Shown here: positions 50,601 to 62,360 of the stretch, one piece after another
How positions within the stretch are numbered: the first letter of the stretch is position 1
Layout: each line of letters starts with the position of its first letter
From: Negativicutes bacterium
GTDB taxonomy: Bacteria > Bacillota > Negativicutes > UBA1444
Length of the DNA stretch: 64,000 bases
Reading direction: 5' to 3'
Assembly: GCA_963665275.2 (NCBI GenBank)
Contig: CAXXIN010000018.1
Span: forward strand, 128,001-192,000
Notes under the pieces: model-generated
What the model was told of the DNA's origin: nothing
Databases searched by the model: none
What the model saw: only the letters and a program-made list of their open reading frames with translations
Position numbers and translations under genes: made by a program

Positions 50601-51905
50601 ATGAAATTGCACGGAACAATGCGGGTGAATAAAGCAGGACACCTGGAGATAGGTGGTTGTGATACTACAGAATTAGTGAAGGAATACGGCTCACCCCTGT
50701 ATGTAATGGATGAGTCCCTGATTCGCCAAAATTGCCGCAGGTATGTTGGTTCATTCCGATCCGCTTATCCTGATTCGGAAGTGATTTATGCCAGCAAGGT
50801 CTTTTCCACGCGTGCCATTTGCCGCCTGATGCAGGAAGAAGGCATGGGGTTGGATGTCGTATCGGCCGGCGAACTTTATACGGCTCTCAGTGTCAATTTT
50901 CCCGCGACCCGAATCTATTTCCACGGGAACAACAAGTCGTCGCAAGAACTGCAAATGGCGATAGAATCTGGAGTACACAGGATCGTTGCTGACAGTTTTT
51001 ATGAGCTTGAACTTTTGAACTCTATTGCCGCCGAACTGGGAAAAAAAGCCGATATTCTGCTCCGACTGTCTCCCGGCATTGATGCGCATACCCACCACTA
51101 CATCAAAACAGGCACGATTGATTCGAAGTTCGGTTTTTGTATTGCAAACGGACAGGCAATGGAAGCCGTATTGGCAGCTGAGGCGTATCCTTCGTTGGAA
51201 TTGTGGGGAGTTCACTGTCACATAGGATCGCAGATATTTGACCTGGAATCTTATGCTGAGGCCGCTCGGACAATGATGGCATTTGTTCGCGACATGTCGG
51301 TCACGACCGGCAAGCCTGTTCGGGAACTCGATCTGGGAGGCGGCCTGGGCATCTATTACTCGGCAGGTGATTCTCCGCAACAGGTGGAATTATATGCGGC
51401 CTGTGTTGCTGACACTGTGAAGGAATGTTGTTTGGATTTCGGACTCGCACAGCCGAAGATCATCGTGGAACCGGGTCGGTCGATCGTTGGCGAGGCTGGG
51501 GTGACTCTTTATACGATCGGTGCGATCAAGGACATTTCCGGCGTACGAAAATATGTGGCTGTTGATGGCGGTATGACTGATAACCCGCGTCCGGCGCTGT
51601 ATCAGGCAAAATATGAGGCGGCGCTGGCGAATCGCATGAATGAAACTGCCGTGGAAAAAGTATCCATAGCGGGAAAGTGCTGTGAGTCCGGTGATATGTT
51701 GATCTGGGACATTGAGCTACCTGCCGCGTGCTCCGGCGATATTCTCGCCGTCAATTCCACCGGCGCTTATAACTACAGCATGTCCAGCAACTACAATCGC
51801 AACCTCAAACCGGCTGTAGTATTCGTTAATGAAGGCAGGGCAAAACTGGTTGTCAAAAGGGAAACCTTCGAAGATCTTCTGCGTAATGATGTGCTGCCCG
51901 AGTAA
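50601..51905 (+). CDS. lysA: Diaminopimelate decarboxylase
   Basis: YGSPLYV, YASK, HGNNKS, SKFG, HCHIGSQI, EPGRS, DGGMTDNPRPALY, CCESGD, GAYNYSMSSNYN. Confidence 0.97.
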   Translation: MKLHGTMRVNKAGHLEIGGCDTTELVKEYGSPLYVMDESLIRQNCRRYVGSFRSAYPDSEVIYASKVFSTRAICRLMQEEGMGLDVVSAGELYTALSVNFPATRIYFHGNNKSSQELQMAIESGVHRIVADSFYELELLNSIAAELGKKADILLRLSPGIDAHTHHYIKTGTIDSKFGFCIANGQAMEAVLAAEAYPSLELWGVHCHIGSQIFDLESYAEAARTMMAFVRDMSVTTGKPVRELDLGGGLGIYYSAGDSPQQVELYAACVADTVKECCLDFGLAQPKIIVEPGRSIVGEAGVTLYTIGAIKDISGVRKYVAVDGGMTDNPRPALYQAKYEAALANRMNETAVEKVSIAGKCCESGDMLIWDIELPAACSGDILAVNSTGAYNYSMSSNYNRNLKPAVVFVNEGRAKLVVKRETFEDLLRNDVLPE

Positions 51906-51917
51906 CGCAGCATGGCT

Positions 51918-51947
51918 AAGACCTGCCGCGACAGGTCTTTTCTTTTG
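51918..51947 (+). terminator. Intrinsic terminator
   Basis: AAGACCTG-ccgcga-CAGGTCTTTTCTTTT after lysA. Confidence 0.75.
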
Positions 51948-52020
51948 CGTTCGGCATAGTTTCCGGGTATAATTAACGATGAGTATTGCCGTTATGGCGG
52001 CACAGCAAAGGAGGAACCCA

Positions 52021-52656
52021 GTGTTCGGTTTTGACATAGACATGGTATATCGGATACCCGCGTTAATAGCGGCAATGACTATTCACGAATATTCACATGC
52101 CCGGGCTGCTGTGGCGATGGGCGACCCCACACCACGATTCATGGGACGCCTGACATTGAACCCTATCCCCCATATTGATCCTATCGGTCTGTTGTTGCTA
52201 TTTGTTGCTGGGTTTGGCTGGGCCAAGCCGGTACAAATCAATCCCAGAAATTTTCGGGACGGTCGCAAAGGAACCTTCATCGTTTCTCTGGCTGGCGCCG
52301 GCTCCAATATCGCGTTGGGTTTCTTGGCGTGGTTTTTTTTGATGTTGCTCAGCCAGTTGAATTTGGTCGGCGAAGTCTGGCAAAAAACTCTCTGGCAACT
52401 GTATCGCTACAACCTGATGTTTGCGGTATTCAACTTGATACCTATTCCGCCGCTGGACGGTTCAAAGGTTCTAATGAGCCTGTTGCCGGGTCATTTGGCG
52501 TATCAGTATCAAAAAATCGAACCCTATGGGAATTATATTCTGATTGCGCTGGTGTTGATTCCAGGTCTCCTCAGCGTGATCGTGACGCCGTTTTTCCGTA
52601 TCGTTGAATTGTTGATCAGGGGAACCACCAGCCTTATATTGGGAATCGTACTGTAA
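52021..52656 (+). CDS. Site-2 protease (M50) family membrane protein
   Basis: HEYSH, GDPTP..GRLTLNP, FGWAKPV, FNLIPIPPLDGSK; AGGAGG SD before GTG. Confidence 0.93.
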   Translation: MFGFDIDMVYRIPALIAAMTIHEYSHARAAVAMGDPTPRFMGRLTLNPIPHIDPIGLLLLFVAGFGWAKPVQINPRNFRDGRKGTFIVSLAGAGSNIALGFLAWFFLMLLSQLNLVGEVWQKTLWQLYRYNLMFAVFNLIPIPPLDGSKVLMSLLPGHLAYQYQKIEPYGNYILIALVLIPGLLSVIVTPFFRIVELLIRGTTSLILGIVL

Positions 52657-52670
52657 GAGGAGCGGGTAAA

Positions 52671-53663
52671 ATGGTTAAAGGTCGTATTTTCAGCGGGATG
52701 CAGCCATCGGGTAATTTTCATCTTGGAAATTATCTTGGCGCACTGTCTAACTGGGTCAAATTGCAGCATGAGTATGAATGCTTCTTCTGTATCGTGGATT
52801 GGCACGCACTCACGTCGTCTTTCGAGGACCCGTCCCGGTTGCCGGAGTACACTCATAATATGGCTTTGGATTGGTTGAGTGCGGGTCTGGATCCAGAGAA
52901 AAACCGGATATTTATTCAGTCTCATGTTAAAGAGCATGCAGAACTGCACTTGCTGTTATCAATGATGACACCACTGTCCTGGTTGGAGAGGGTGCCGACA
53001 TATAAAGACAAGCTTCAGCAATTGGGCGACCAGGGAAAAGATATCAATACTTATGGATTCCTCGGCTATCCGGTCTTGATGACGGCTGACATCATCCTTT
53101 ACAAAGCGGACACCGTGCCGGTCGGTGAAGACCAGCTGCCGCACCTGGAGTTGGCGCGCGAAATGGTCCGCCGTTTCAACTTCATCTATAAGCAGGATGT
53201 GTTTCCGGAGCCGAAGGGATACATCGGCGCCGCGCCGGTAGTCCCGGGTATCGATGGACGCAAAATGAGCAAATCCTATGGAAATGAGATCGCGTTTGCT
53301 GCGAGCCCGGATGAACTGCGGTCACGAGTACGCATGATGATTACCGATCCACTGAGGATCAAACGGACTGATCCGGGTCGCCCGGAGGTCTGCCCCGTAT
53401 TCACTTTTCATAAACTCTACAGTGCGGATGAACTGGGCGGAATTGAGACCCAATGCCGTTCGGCAGGCATTGGTTGCGTTGATTGCAAAAAAAGACTGGC
53501 CGAGCATATGGTGGAGGCTCTTGCTGATATTCACCACCGCCGACAGGACTGGGCAGGGCGCCCCAATGACGTGAAAGATATCCTGAAAGACGGTGCTGAC
53601 AGGGCTCGCGAAACCGCCCGGGCGACGATGGACCAGGTTCGTTCCGTCCTGCATATGGGATGA
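52671..53663 (+). CDS. trpS: Tryptophan--tRNA ligase
   Basis: SGMQPSG.FHLGNY, YPVLMTADI, VPVGEDQ, KMSKS. Confidence 0.98.
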   Translation: MVKGRIFSGMQPSGNFHLGNYLGALSNWVKLQHEYECFFCIVDWHALTSSFEDPSRLPEYTHNMALDWLSAGLDPEKNRIFIQSHVKEHAELHLLLSMMTPLSWLERVPTYKDKLQQLGDQGKDINTYGFLGYPVLMTADIILYKADTVPVGEDQLPHLELAREMVRRFNFIYKQDVFPEPKGYIGAAPVVPGIDGRKMSKSYGNEIAFAASPDELRSRVRMMITDPLRIKRTDPGRPEVCPVFTFHKLYSADELGGIETQCRSAGIGCVDCKKRLAEHMVEALADIHHRRQDWAGRPNDVKDILKDGADRARETARATMDQVRSVLHMG

Positions 53664-54379
53664 GCACCGAAGATTACAATATCAAGTTGGAAGCGTTTGA
53701 AGGGCCGATGGCCCTTCTGCTCCATCTGATCGAAAAGAACCGCATTGATATTTATGATATTCCAGTTGCGGCGGTTGCTGAACAGTATCTCGCTTATTTG
53801 CGGGCCTGGACGGAATTCAATATTGAAGTGGCGACAGAATTTCTCACTATGGCTTCGACGCTGCTGCTGATCAAATCTCGGATGTTGTTGCCGAAACCGG
53901 TGAAACTGGAAGAGACGGATGCCGCTGAAGAAGAAGACCCCCGCGCCGCACTGGTCGAAAAATTGATCGAGTACCGACGGTATCGGGAAGCGGGGGATTC
54001 CCTGCAACAACTGCTGCGGCTTCGCCGTCAATACATTCATCGGATGCCACAGGTGTTCACCTTGGAAAGGGCGTTGCCCCAAGGGCTGACGATTGAGGAT
54101 TTGCTGGCGGCATTTTCGGCCCTGTGGGAAACTGTAGCAGAAGAATTCCGTACAATCGCACGCGAAGAGGTTACTGTTCAAGACAAGATGACAGATATTC
54201 TGGGCATTCTGGAGTCCTTCCAGGGACAGATGGAGTTTCGCCAAGCTCTGAAGCGAGCGGGATCAAAAACTGAAATGGTCAGCACGTTTTTGGCTATTTT
54301 GGAACTGATTCGCCTGCGCCGTATCCGGGTCCGGCAGGCAGAAACCTTTGGCCCGATATTCCTGACATGGAGGGAATGA
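53660..54379 (+). CDS. scpA: Segregation and condensation protein A
   Basis: FEGPMALLLHLI, IDIYDIP, IKSRMLLP, FLAILEL. Confidence 0.95.
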   Translation: MSTEDYNIKLEAFEGPMALLLHLIEKNRIDIYDIPVAAVAEQYLAYLRAWTEFNIEVATEFLTMASTLLLIKSRMLLPKPVKLEETDAAEEEDPRAALVEKLIEYRRYREAGDSLQQLLRLRRQYIHRMPQVFTLERALPQGLTIEDLLAAFSALWETVAEEFRTIAREEVTVQDKMTDILGILESFQGQMEFRQALKRAGSKTEMVSTFLAILELIRLRRIRVRQAETFGPIFLTWRE

Positions 54380-54385
54380 AAAAAT

Positions 54386-54931
54386 ATGTTTTATCAGCAC
54401 CTGAAAGGACCAATGGAAGCGATGCTCTTTGCCGCCGGCGATCCGATGAAACCGGAGCGCCTGTCAGAGTTGCTGGATATACCGCTGGATCATGTCGCAG
54501 AGATGCTGCAGGAGCTACAGGCGGATATGGACCGGCCTGAACGCGGGTTGTGCCTGTTGCAGGTAGCCGGCGGGTTTCAGATGTGCGCCAAGCCGGAGCT
54601 GGCATCCGTGGTCGAAAAACTGGCTATGCATCAGGATGCACGCCTATCGCCGGCTGCCATGGAAACCTTGTCTATCATTGCTTTCAAACAACCGGTAACT
54701 CGGCAGGAAGTCGAGTATATCCGGGGCGTGCAGTCAGATGGTGTCATCAATACCTTGGTGGAACGTCGGCTAGTTAAAGAGGTCGGACGCAAGGACACCA
54801 TCGGACGGCCGCTTCTTTTCGGGACGACCGAGGAGTTTTTATGCTGCTTTGGACTCAACAGTCTGGAAGAACTGCCGACCTTGCCGGAGGCGGAAATCCT
54901 GCCGGAGACCTCGGGGCTCGACGAAGTATGA
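54386..54931 (+). CDS. scpB: Segregation and condensation protein B
   Basis: LSPAAMETLSIIAFKQPVTR, IRGV, GRPLLFGTT. Confidence 0.96.
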   Translation: MFYQHLKGPMEAMLFAAGDPMKPERLSELLDIPLDHVAEMLQELQADMDRPERGLCLLQVAGGFQMCAKPELASVVEKLAMHQDARLSPAAMETLSIIAFKQPVTRQEVEYIRGVQSDGVINTLVERRLVKEVGRKDTIGRPLLFGTTEEFLCCFGLNSLEELPTLPEAEILPETSGLDEV

Positions 54932-55700
54932 GTACAGAACGACTGCAGAAAATCATCAGCGCGGCAGGACTCACGTCTCGTCGTCAGGCGGAAGAGTGGA
55001 TCGTTGCCGGCCGGGTATCGGTCAATGGGCAAGTGGTCCATGAGCTGGGCGTGAAAGCAGACTGGGAAAATGACCGGATCGAAGTGGACGGACAGCCTGT
55101 GACTCGTGTGGCGGCAAAGTATATTTTGTTGAATAAACCCTACGGAGTTATTACTTCGCTGCATGACCCGGAGGGACGAAAAACGGTTGCTGATATTGTT
55201 GCCGCCGAAGGAATCGCCGACCGTGTTTATCCGGTAGGTCGTCTTGACTACGATACCGAAGGCCTTTTGCTACTGACGAATGATGGTAAGTTGACCCAGA
55301 GACTGTCACACCCCAGCTTTGAGGTTGACAAGGAATATGCGGCCGACGTGGAAGAATGTCCGACGCCACAAATGTTGAAGTCGCTGGCCCAGGGAATCCT
55401 GTTAGCTGATGGCATGACCGCTCCGGCGCAGGTTTCACCGCCTGTAATTGCGGAAAATGGTTTCTGGCGTTTGCGTATTGCCATCCATGAAGGCCGGAAC
55501 CGTCAGGTTAGGCGAATGTTGGAAGCTGTCGGGCTGCGTGTCAGGCGACTTGGGCGCGTACGGTATGCTTTTTTGACGTTGGATGACTTGGCTACAGGTG
55601 CTTGTCGGCAACTGTCGGACAAAGAGATCACCGAACTGAAGCTGCTGGCGCTCGGTGGAGCGCAATCCGCGAAAATCCAGAGCGAAAGGATGGGGTCAGC

Positions 55701-55704
<4 letters not shown>
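54928..55704 (+). CDS. rluB: 23S rRNA pseudouridine synthase (RluB/RsuA family)
   Basis: S4 domain ERLQK...SRR, YPVGRLDYDTEGLLLLTNDG, EGRNRQVRRM; follows scpAB. Confidence 0.9.
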
Positions 55705-57005
<1,301 letters not shown>

Positions 57006-57009
<4 letters not shown>

Positions 57010-57687
57010 AGCAGAATGTGATCGCAATCGATGGACCGGCAGGAGCCGGCAAAGAGCACTGTGGCAAAAAAAGTAGCTGCAGCGTTGAACTTTGTCTACA
57101 TTGATACCGGGCGCTATGTACAGGGCCGTGACGAGCCGTGTTCTCGCCATGGGACTGGATGAGACCGATACAGTTGAAATCGTCAAACTGGCTGGCAAAG
57201 TCAACATTCGTTTAAAGCAAGAAGCGGGTGGAGTGAGAGTCTTGGCGGATGGAACTGATGTAACGGAAGAGATCCGAAATCCTGCTGTGACAGCAGCCGT
57301 TGCGGCGATATCGCAAGTGCCGGCCGTTAGGCAAGCCCTGGTGAGAACGTCCAGCAGGAAATGGCTGAGGCGGGCAAAGCTGTACTGGATGGGCGTGATA
57401 TAGGGACTGTTGTGATTCCGGAGGCTTGCGCGAAAATTTTTCTCACGGCATCACCGGTGGAACGAGCCCAGCGTCGGTGGATGGAACTAAGGAAAAAGGG
57501 TTACGAACCTGATTTGCAGGTGCTGCAGGCAGAAATGGAAGACCGGGACCGAAAAGACATCGAACGCGAGCTTGCACCCCTGCAACAGGCGGAAGATGCC
57601 GTTCTCGTGGACACGACAGGTCTTTCCATTGACTCTGTAGTGGAGAGAATTATCGAAATCTATCGTGCACGGTGTAACAATGTATAA
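57006..57687 (+). CDS. cmk: Cytidylate kinase, frameshifted (probably sequence error)
   Basis: IAIDGPAGAGK, GAMYRA, LDGRDIGTVV, KIFLTAS and APLQQAEDA in different frames. Confidence 0.9.
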
Positions 57688-58292
57688 ATTCATTTTTGGC
57701 ACTGTCGGAGTGGTTCTTTTATTTTTATTTCGCTTCGTTTTTCGCTGGCGCATCTCGGGTTTGGAGACACATTCCTCCCGGCGGAGCGGTTCTGGCCGCC
57801 AATCATCAGAGTTTTTGGGACATTCCCCTGATCGCCCTGTCAGTGCACCGGCGCGTTCATTTCATGGCCAAGGAAGAACTTTTTCAAGGTTTCCTGTATT
57901 TGGTTCGACTATTCGCTCTGTGTTGGCATTTCCAGTCAAAAGAGGCGCTCCTGACCGTGCGGCTATCCGTCACGCGATTGAAAAATTGCAGGAAGGTGAC
58001 CTGGTAGTGATTTTTCCTGAAGGGACGCGGAGTAAGACCGGTAAGATGGGAAAATTCGAACCTGGCGCGGCACTGATTGCGATGAAGGCAGGAGTGCCGA
58101 TGGTTCCGAGCGGAATTATCGGCACCGACCGGATTCTGCGTAAGGGCAGTTTTTTTTCCGCGTATAGAAATACATTTTGGACAACCGATTCCCACGATTC
58201 CGGCAGTCAATGGCGAGGGCAAGAAAACGCTGGAGGAAATTGGGCTGGCGGTACGATCATCACTCGAAAAAATTCTGAATAGAATATCATAA
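57680..58292 (+). CDS. plsC: 1-acyl-sn-glycerol-3-phosphate acyltransferase, frameshifted (probably sequence error)
   Basis: ANHQSFWD, FMAKEELF, FPVKRG and IFPEGTRS in different frames; position after cmk. Confidence 0.88.
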
Positions 58293-58295
58293 AAA

Positions 58296-58337
58296 AAATT
58301 TCAGAATATAACAGGACTTTGCTATGAGCTGACGAAT
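58296..58337 (+). promoter_or_regulatory. CodY-like box plus SigH-like promoter upstream of cstA
   Basis: AAATTTCAGAATATA (12/15 match to AATTTTCWGAAAATT) adjoining AGGA-17-GAAT. Confidence 0.45.
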
Positions 58338-58481
58338 ATACAAAGTATGCAAGTCATTTGTTCTTGTGGAGAATACTTCACAAGCCGAGTGAAGGAAGAA
58401 TATTTAGAAGAGGGGGGAAGAATAAGAACACAGTTCCAGGGCGACGGGGGGTCGCCAAATCTATGAAACAGGGGTGAAATA

Positions 58482-60376
58482 ATGAATTCAGTCTATCTAT
58501 TGATCACAGCAACCTGTGCCTTTGTTCTAGCCTATCGGTATTATTCAGCTTTCATTGCCGCCAAAGTTCTAATGCTCAGCGACCTGAATGAAACTCCTGC
58601 TTACCGTTGCAACGACGGTCGTGAGTTTATCCCCATGAACAAGTGGGTATTGTTCGGTCACCATTTTGCCGCGATTGCCGGCGCCGGCCCTCTGGTCGGC
58701 CCCGTTTTGGCAGCACAATGGGGTTGGGGCCCTGGTTTCATGTGGATTATGCTCGGTTCCATCTTTGCTGGCGCCGTACATGACTTCATCATCCTGTTTG
58801 CCTCCGTCCGTCACAACGGACAAGGCCTGGCGATCATCGCCCGCCGGGAAGTGGGACCTGTCACAGGTGTAACTACTTCATTGGCGATCCTCTTCATTAT
58901 CGTTATCGCCATGGCTGGTTTGGCCATCGTCGTTGTCAACGCGATGTTCCAAAATCCATGGGGAACCTTTACTTTGTCAATGACCATTCCTGTGGCGATT
59001 GTTATCGGTCTATGGATGTTTAAAATCTCCCCGGGCGCCATCCGATCCGGTTCCATCGCAGGTTTCCTGATGGTTCTCGGTTGCGTGGCAACAGGCGCCT
59101 GGCTGATGCCTGGCGGAATTTGGGAAGGCTTGGCTCCGATTTTCACCCTTTCCAAACAGCAACTTGCCATCGCCTTGCCGACTTACGGCTTCTGCGCAGC
59201 AGTACTGCCGGTCTGGCTCTTACTGGCCCCGCGTGATTACCTGAGTTCCTACATGAAGATCGGCACGATTGGACTGTTGGCTTTCGGCATTCTCGTGGTC
59301 ATGCCGTCGATTCAATTCCCGATGATGCCAGCCGCTATGTTGGCTGGCGGCGGCCCGATCATTCCCGGACCCGTGTGGCCGTATATGTTCATTACGATCG
59401 CCTGCGGCGCGATTTCCGGCTTCCACTCTCTGATCAGTTCTGGGACGACACCGAAAATGCCTGCAAAAAGAATCTGAAGCTACCATGATTGGCTACGGCA
59501 GCATGTTGGTCGAAGGATTTGTCGCGGTCATGGCCCTGATTTCAGCCGTTGTACTCGCACCTGGCGATTATTTCATCATCAACACACCTGCAGCGGTATG
59601 GGCGAAAGTCGCACCTTTCTTCCCGACTGTTGAAGTTCCAACAACTTTCTCAACTGGTACAGATGGACGTTCGTCATCGTCCGGGCGGCGCGGTATCCCT
59701 CGCCGTTGGCATGGCGCACATTTTCTCCAGTATCGGCGGCATGAAGCACATGATGGCGTACTGGTATCAGTTCGCGATTATGTTCGAAGCCCTGTTCATC
59801 CTGACCACGATCGATGCCGGTACCCGTGTCGGTCGTTACATTCTGCAGGACGTAGTCGGAACCTACTTCTGGCCCAAGTTTAAGGAAACCAGCTGGGTTC
59901 CCGGCTCGTTGCTCGCAGCTTTCATCGTCAGCTTCTCTTGGGGCTATCTGCTCTATAGCGGCGACGTCGCTACCATTTGGCCGCTGTTCGGCGCTGCCAA
60001 TCAATTGTTGGCTGTTATTGCGCTGGCTCTCAGTGTGACTGTCGTTCTGAAGATTGCCAAACCGGAAAAACGCATCGCTTATGCGATGGTTCCCGGAGCA
60101 CCATTGGCGTTCCTGACAGTTACCGTTATTGCAGCGGCTTCAATGAACGTTAAATTGTTCTTTGGACTGGGTACCACGTTAGGCATGATTAATGCCGTGG
60201 TCAGTATCATTCTGCTAGCACTGGTAGTCATCACTTTGTTTGATTGTATCCGTGGCTGGATGAGCATCTGCTCCAACCCGAAGATCGAAGGCATGAATAC
60301 GGAAATCAAGCATGTCTGTCTCTATGGCGAGACTGAAAAAAATGCCGGATGTTACTCCGTAATCAGCCCAGAGTAA
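58482..60376 (+). CDS. cstA: Carbon starvation CstA-family transporter, two frameshifts (~59465, ~59638)
   Basis: FGHHFAAIAGAGPLVGP, LLAPRDYLS, IACGAISGFH, GTTPK, FEALFILTTIDAGTRVGR, IWPLFGAANQLLA. Confidence 0.92.
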
Positions 60377-60385
60377 GCAATAAAG

Positions 60386-60424
60386 AAATACAAGAAGGCG
60401 CATGCGCCTTCTTGTATTTTTTTA
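60386..60424 (+). terminator. Palindromic terminator
   Basis: AAATACAAGAAGGCGCA|TGCGCCTTCTTGTATTT perfect 34-bp palindrome plus T-run. Confidence 0.8.
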
Positions 60425-60482
60425 GCTGGACTTTTCAGGTATAATGGAAAGCATAGAAAATGTTTGGAAAGGACAAACTTCC

Positions 60483-60763
60483 ATGCTGACAGTGACTGAA
60501 AAAGCGTTGGAGCATATCCAGTCGCGCGGACAAGCAGTTTTTCTTGAGATGCCCATTGTTATTCAGGGAGATATCACAATCTGTGAAAGTCCCGCTGTAC
60601 GATGGGGTCTACCGAAAAATCCGCAACATTACCAATCAATTGAGTGATCGATGGAATAGAAGTCTACATTCCGCATGATTTGCCGAAGATTCCCCTGCGA
60701 ATCACCGTAAGTCGTTTTCTGTGGATCAAATGGCTGGCTGTTGAAGGCTGGGCGTTGGCATGA
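60483..60763 (+). CDS. Small HesB-like / CC-Se-motif-family-like protein, one frameshift near 60644
   Basis: MLTVTEKALEHI...PAVRWGLP...Y, then in another frame VIDGIEVYIP...LRITVSRFLWIKWLAVEGW. Confidence 0.6.
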
Positions 60764-60791
60764 CAATTATAAAAACTGGTTGGTGGTAAAA

Positions 60792-61130
60792 ATGAAGCAG
60801 TTTCACTATGACTTCGCAATGACAGAGACGGAAAAAATCGTGCATAAGGCATTGGTCAATATGCATGATAATGATTTGATCGCCAACGGGGCGATGTATC
60901 TGACGAATGAACGGCTGGTTTTTGTCGGCTACGTGCCGAATGAAAGGACCCGAGTGTTCTGTGAAGTTTCCCTGTACCATATCAAGGAAGTCAAACCGGA
61001 AAAGACCTTCTTAGTATTTAACAACATTATCCGGATCATTGATATTCGCGATGAACAGTATAAGTTTATTGTGGACGATCAAAAGGTGTGGCTGGAGCAG
61101 ATCGACCTTCAGATCAAGGCGCTTGTGTAG
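60792..61130 (+). CDS. GRAM/PH-like domain protein
   Basis: NGAMYLTNERLVFVG...VSLYHIKEV...YKFIV...WLEQI pattern. Confidence 0.7.
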   Translation: MKQFHYDFAMTETEKIVHKALVNMHDNDLIANGAMYLTNERLVFVGYVPNERTRVFCEVSLYHIKEVKPEKTFLVFNNIIRIIDIRDEQYKFIVDDQKVWLEQIDLQIKALV

Positions 61131-61515
61131 CAAAGGATGCGCGTGTTTTTTTCGACCACAGGCAAAAGAGCACGGCGCCATGAGTCAAGATGATAAAAGC
61201 GCCGTCAGCATTACTGATGGCCAAAAATGTCAAGATACCGAGCAAGCTTCCGATGCAGCAAAGGGCTATTCCGAGTAGACGGGCCCACCGTTTCATCCGC
61301 AATAAGCCGACAGCTGGAATGATGTAAAGTAAAAATGCAAAGATGCGAAGGGGTACGGCTTGCATATCTGCTTCAACCAGAGCAAAGTAAGCGGAAAATA
61401 AATTCGTCAAGGCCACGAGAAAAAGAAAAATACTGCTGGCGATCAGTCCGACTGACAGACGGGGATTTAATTTGCTAAACAGGCGAGTAAACAATGAGGG
61501 TCTGGTCTCTGACAT
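61114..61515 (-). CDS. Hypothetical 4-TM membrane protein
   Basis: ATG 61515 after AAGGAAG; four hydrophobic segments; GLLRMKRWAR. Confidence 0.65.
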   Translation of the reverse strand: MSETRPSLFTRLFSKLNPRLSVGLIASSIFLFLVALTNLFSAYFALVEADMQAVPLRIFAFLLYIIPAVGLLRMKRWARLLGIALCCIGSLLGILTFLAISNADGAFIILTHGAVLFCLWSKKTRASFATQAP

Positions 61516-61727
61516 ACTTATCAATTTCCTTCCTTTTAATGTTTCGTTATCATTATAATCATTTATTGCGCTAATGACTATCCGTATTTTTGGATGAAGG
61601 GGACATGGGGGAGAATAATTGCAAGTCAGCGGTCGGCGACCTGCTGCTTGAAATGGTTTCTGCATGCCCTGTTTTGAGTATGGTTGTGATATAATATGAA
61701 ATACTATCAATGTTTGGAGGCTATCGG

Positions 61728-62312
61728 GTGGGTGACATAACCGCGTTATTGTTGGAATGGGGATTATATGGCCTGATCGTAGCGACGTTTACAGAGGCCT
61801 TTATTTCTCCCATTTTACCAGATATTATTTTGATTCCGTTGATGTTGGCCGCACCCAAGGATGCACTTTATCTGGGCGCAGTGGCAACGGTTGTTTCGGT
61901 GCTTGGCGGCTTTGTTGGGTATGGCATAGGGCATAAGCTGGGAGCGCCTGCCGCCCGCAAACTGATTCCTGCCAAATATCTGGATAAAATTGAAGGCTAT
62001 TTGCAGGATAATGCAAAGTGGGCTATTTTTTTGGCGGCTGTGGCGCCCATACCTTATAAATTCGTCAGCATTAGCGCTGGCGCCTTTCGAGTTAATCTGA
62101 CTATTTTTGTGTTGATATCCATAGTCGCCCGTGGCAAACGATTTTTGTTGCCGGCGATGTTCATTTATTTTTTGGGGCCAAGTGCGCAAGAATTTTTGTC
62201 CCGGTATTCTGACAAAGCGATGTGGGGAAGTGTGGCTGCTTTGGCTATTATCGGGGTGGGTTATTATTTATATCGCCGGCAAAAAAGGAACACCCTCTCC
62301 AATCTAAGTTGA
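61728..62312 (+). CDS. YqaA/VTT (DedA superfamily) membrane protein
   Basis: FTEAFISPILPDIILIP, SVLGGFVGY, APIPYK, ARGKRF. Confidence 0.9.
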   Translation: MGDITALLLEWGLYGLIVATFTEAFISPILPDIILIPLMLAAPKDALYLGAVATVVSVLGGFVGYGIGHKLGAPAARKLIPAKYLDKIEGYLQDNAKWAIFLAAVAPIPYKFVSISAGAFRVNLTIFVLISIVARGKRFLLPAMFIYFLGPSAQEFLSRYSDKAMWGSVAALAIIGVGYYLYRRQKRNTLSNLS

Positions 62313-62360
62313 AATTAGGAAACTGGTAATTATATTCCAGAACTTACCAAGGGGGCCAGA

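Noticed and set aside
50467-52671. Lysine riboswitch before lysA or T-box before trpS
   Set aside because: Neither consensus is present and the available intergenic space is too short.
60645-60647. TGA as possible selenocysteine in a CC/Se-like protein
   Set aside because: Read-through gives only S-M-E-stop. The plausible C-terminus is in another frame, so this is an indel and not recoding.
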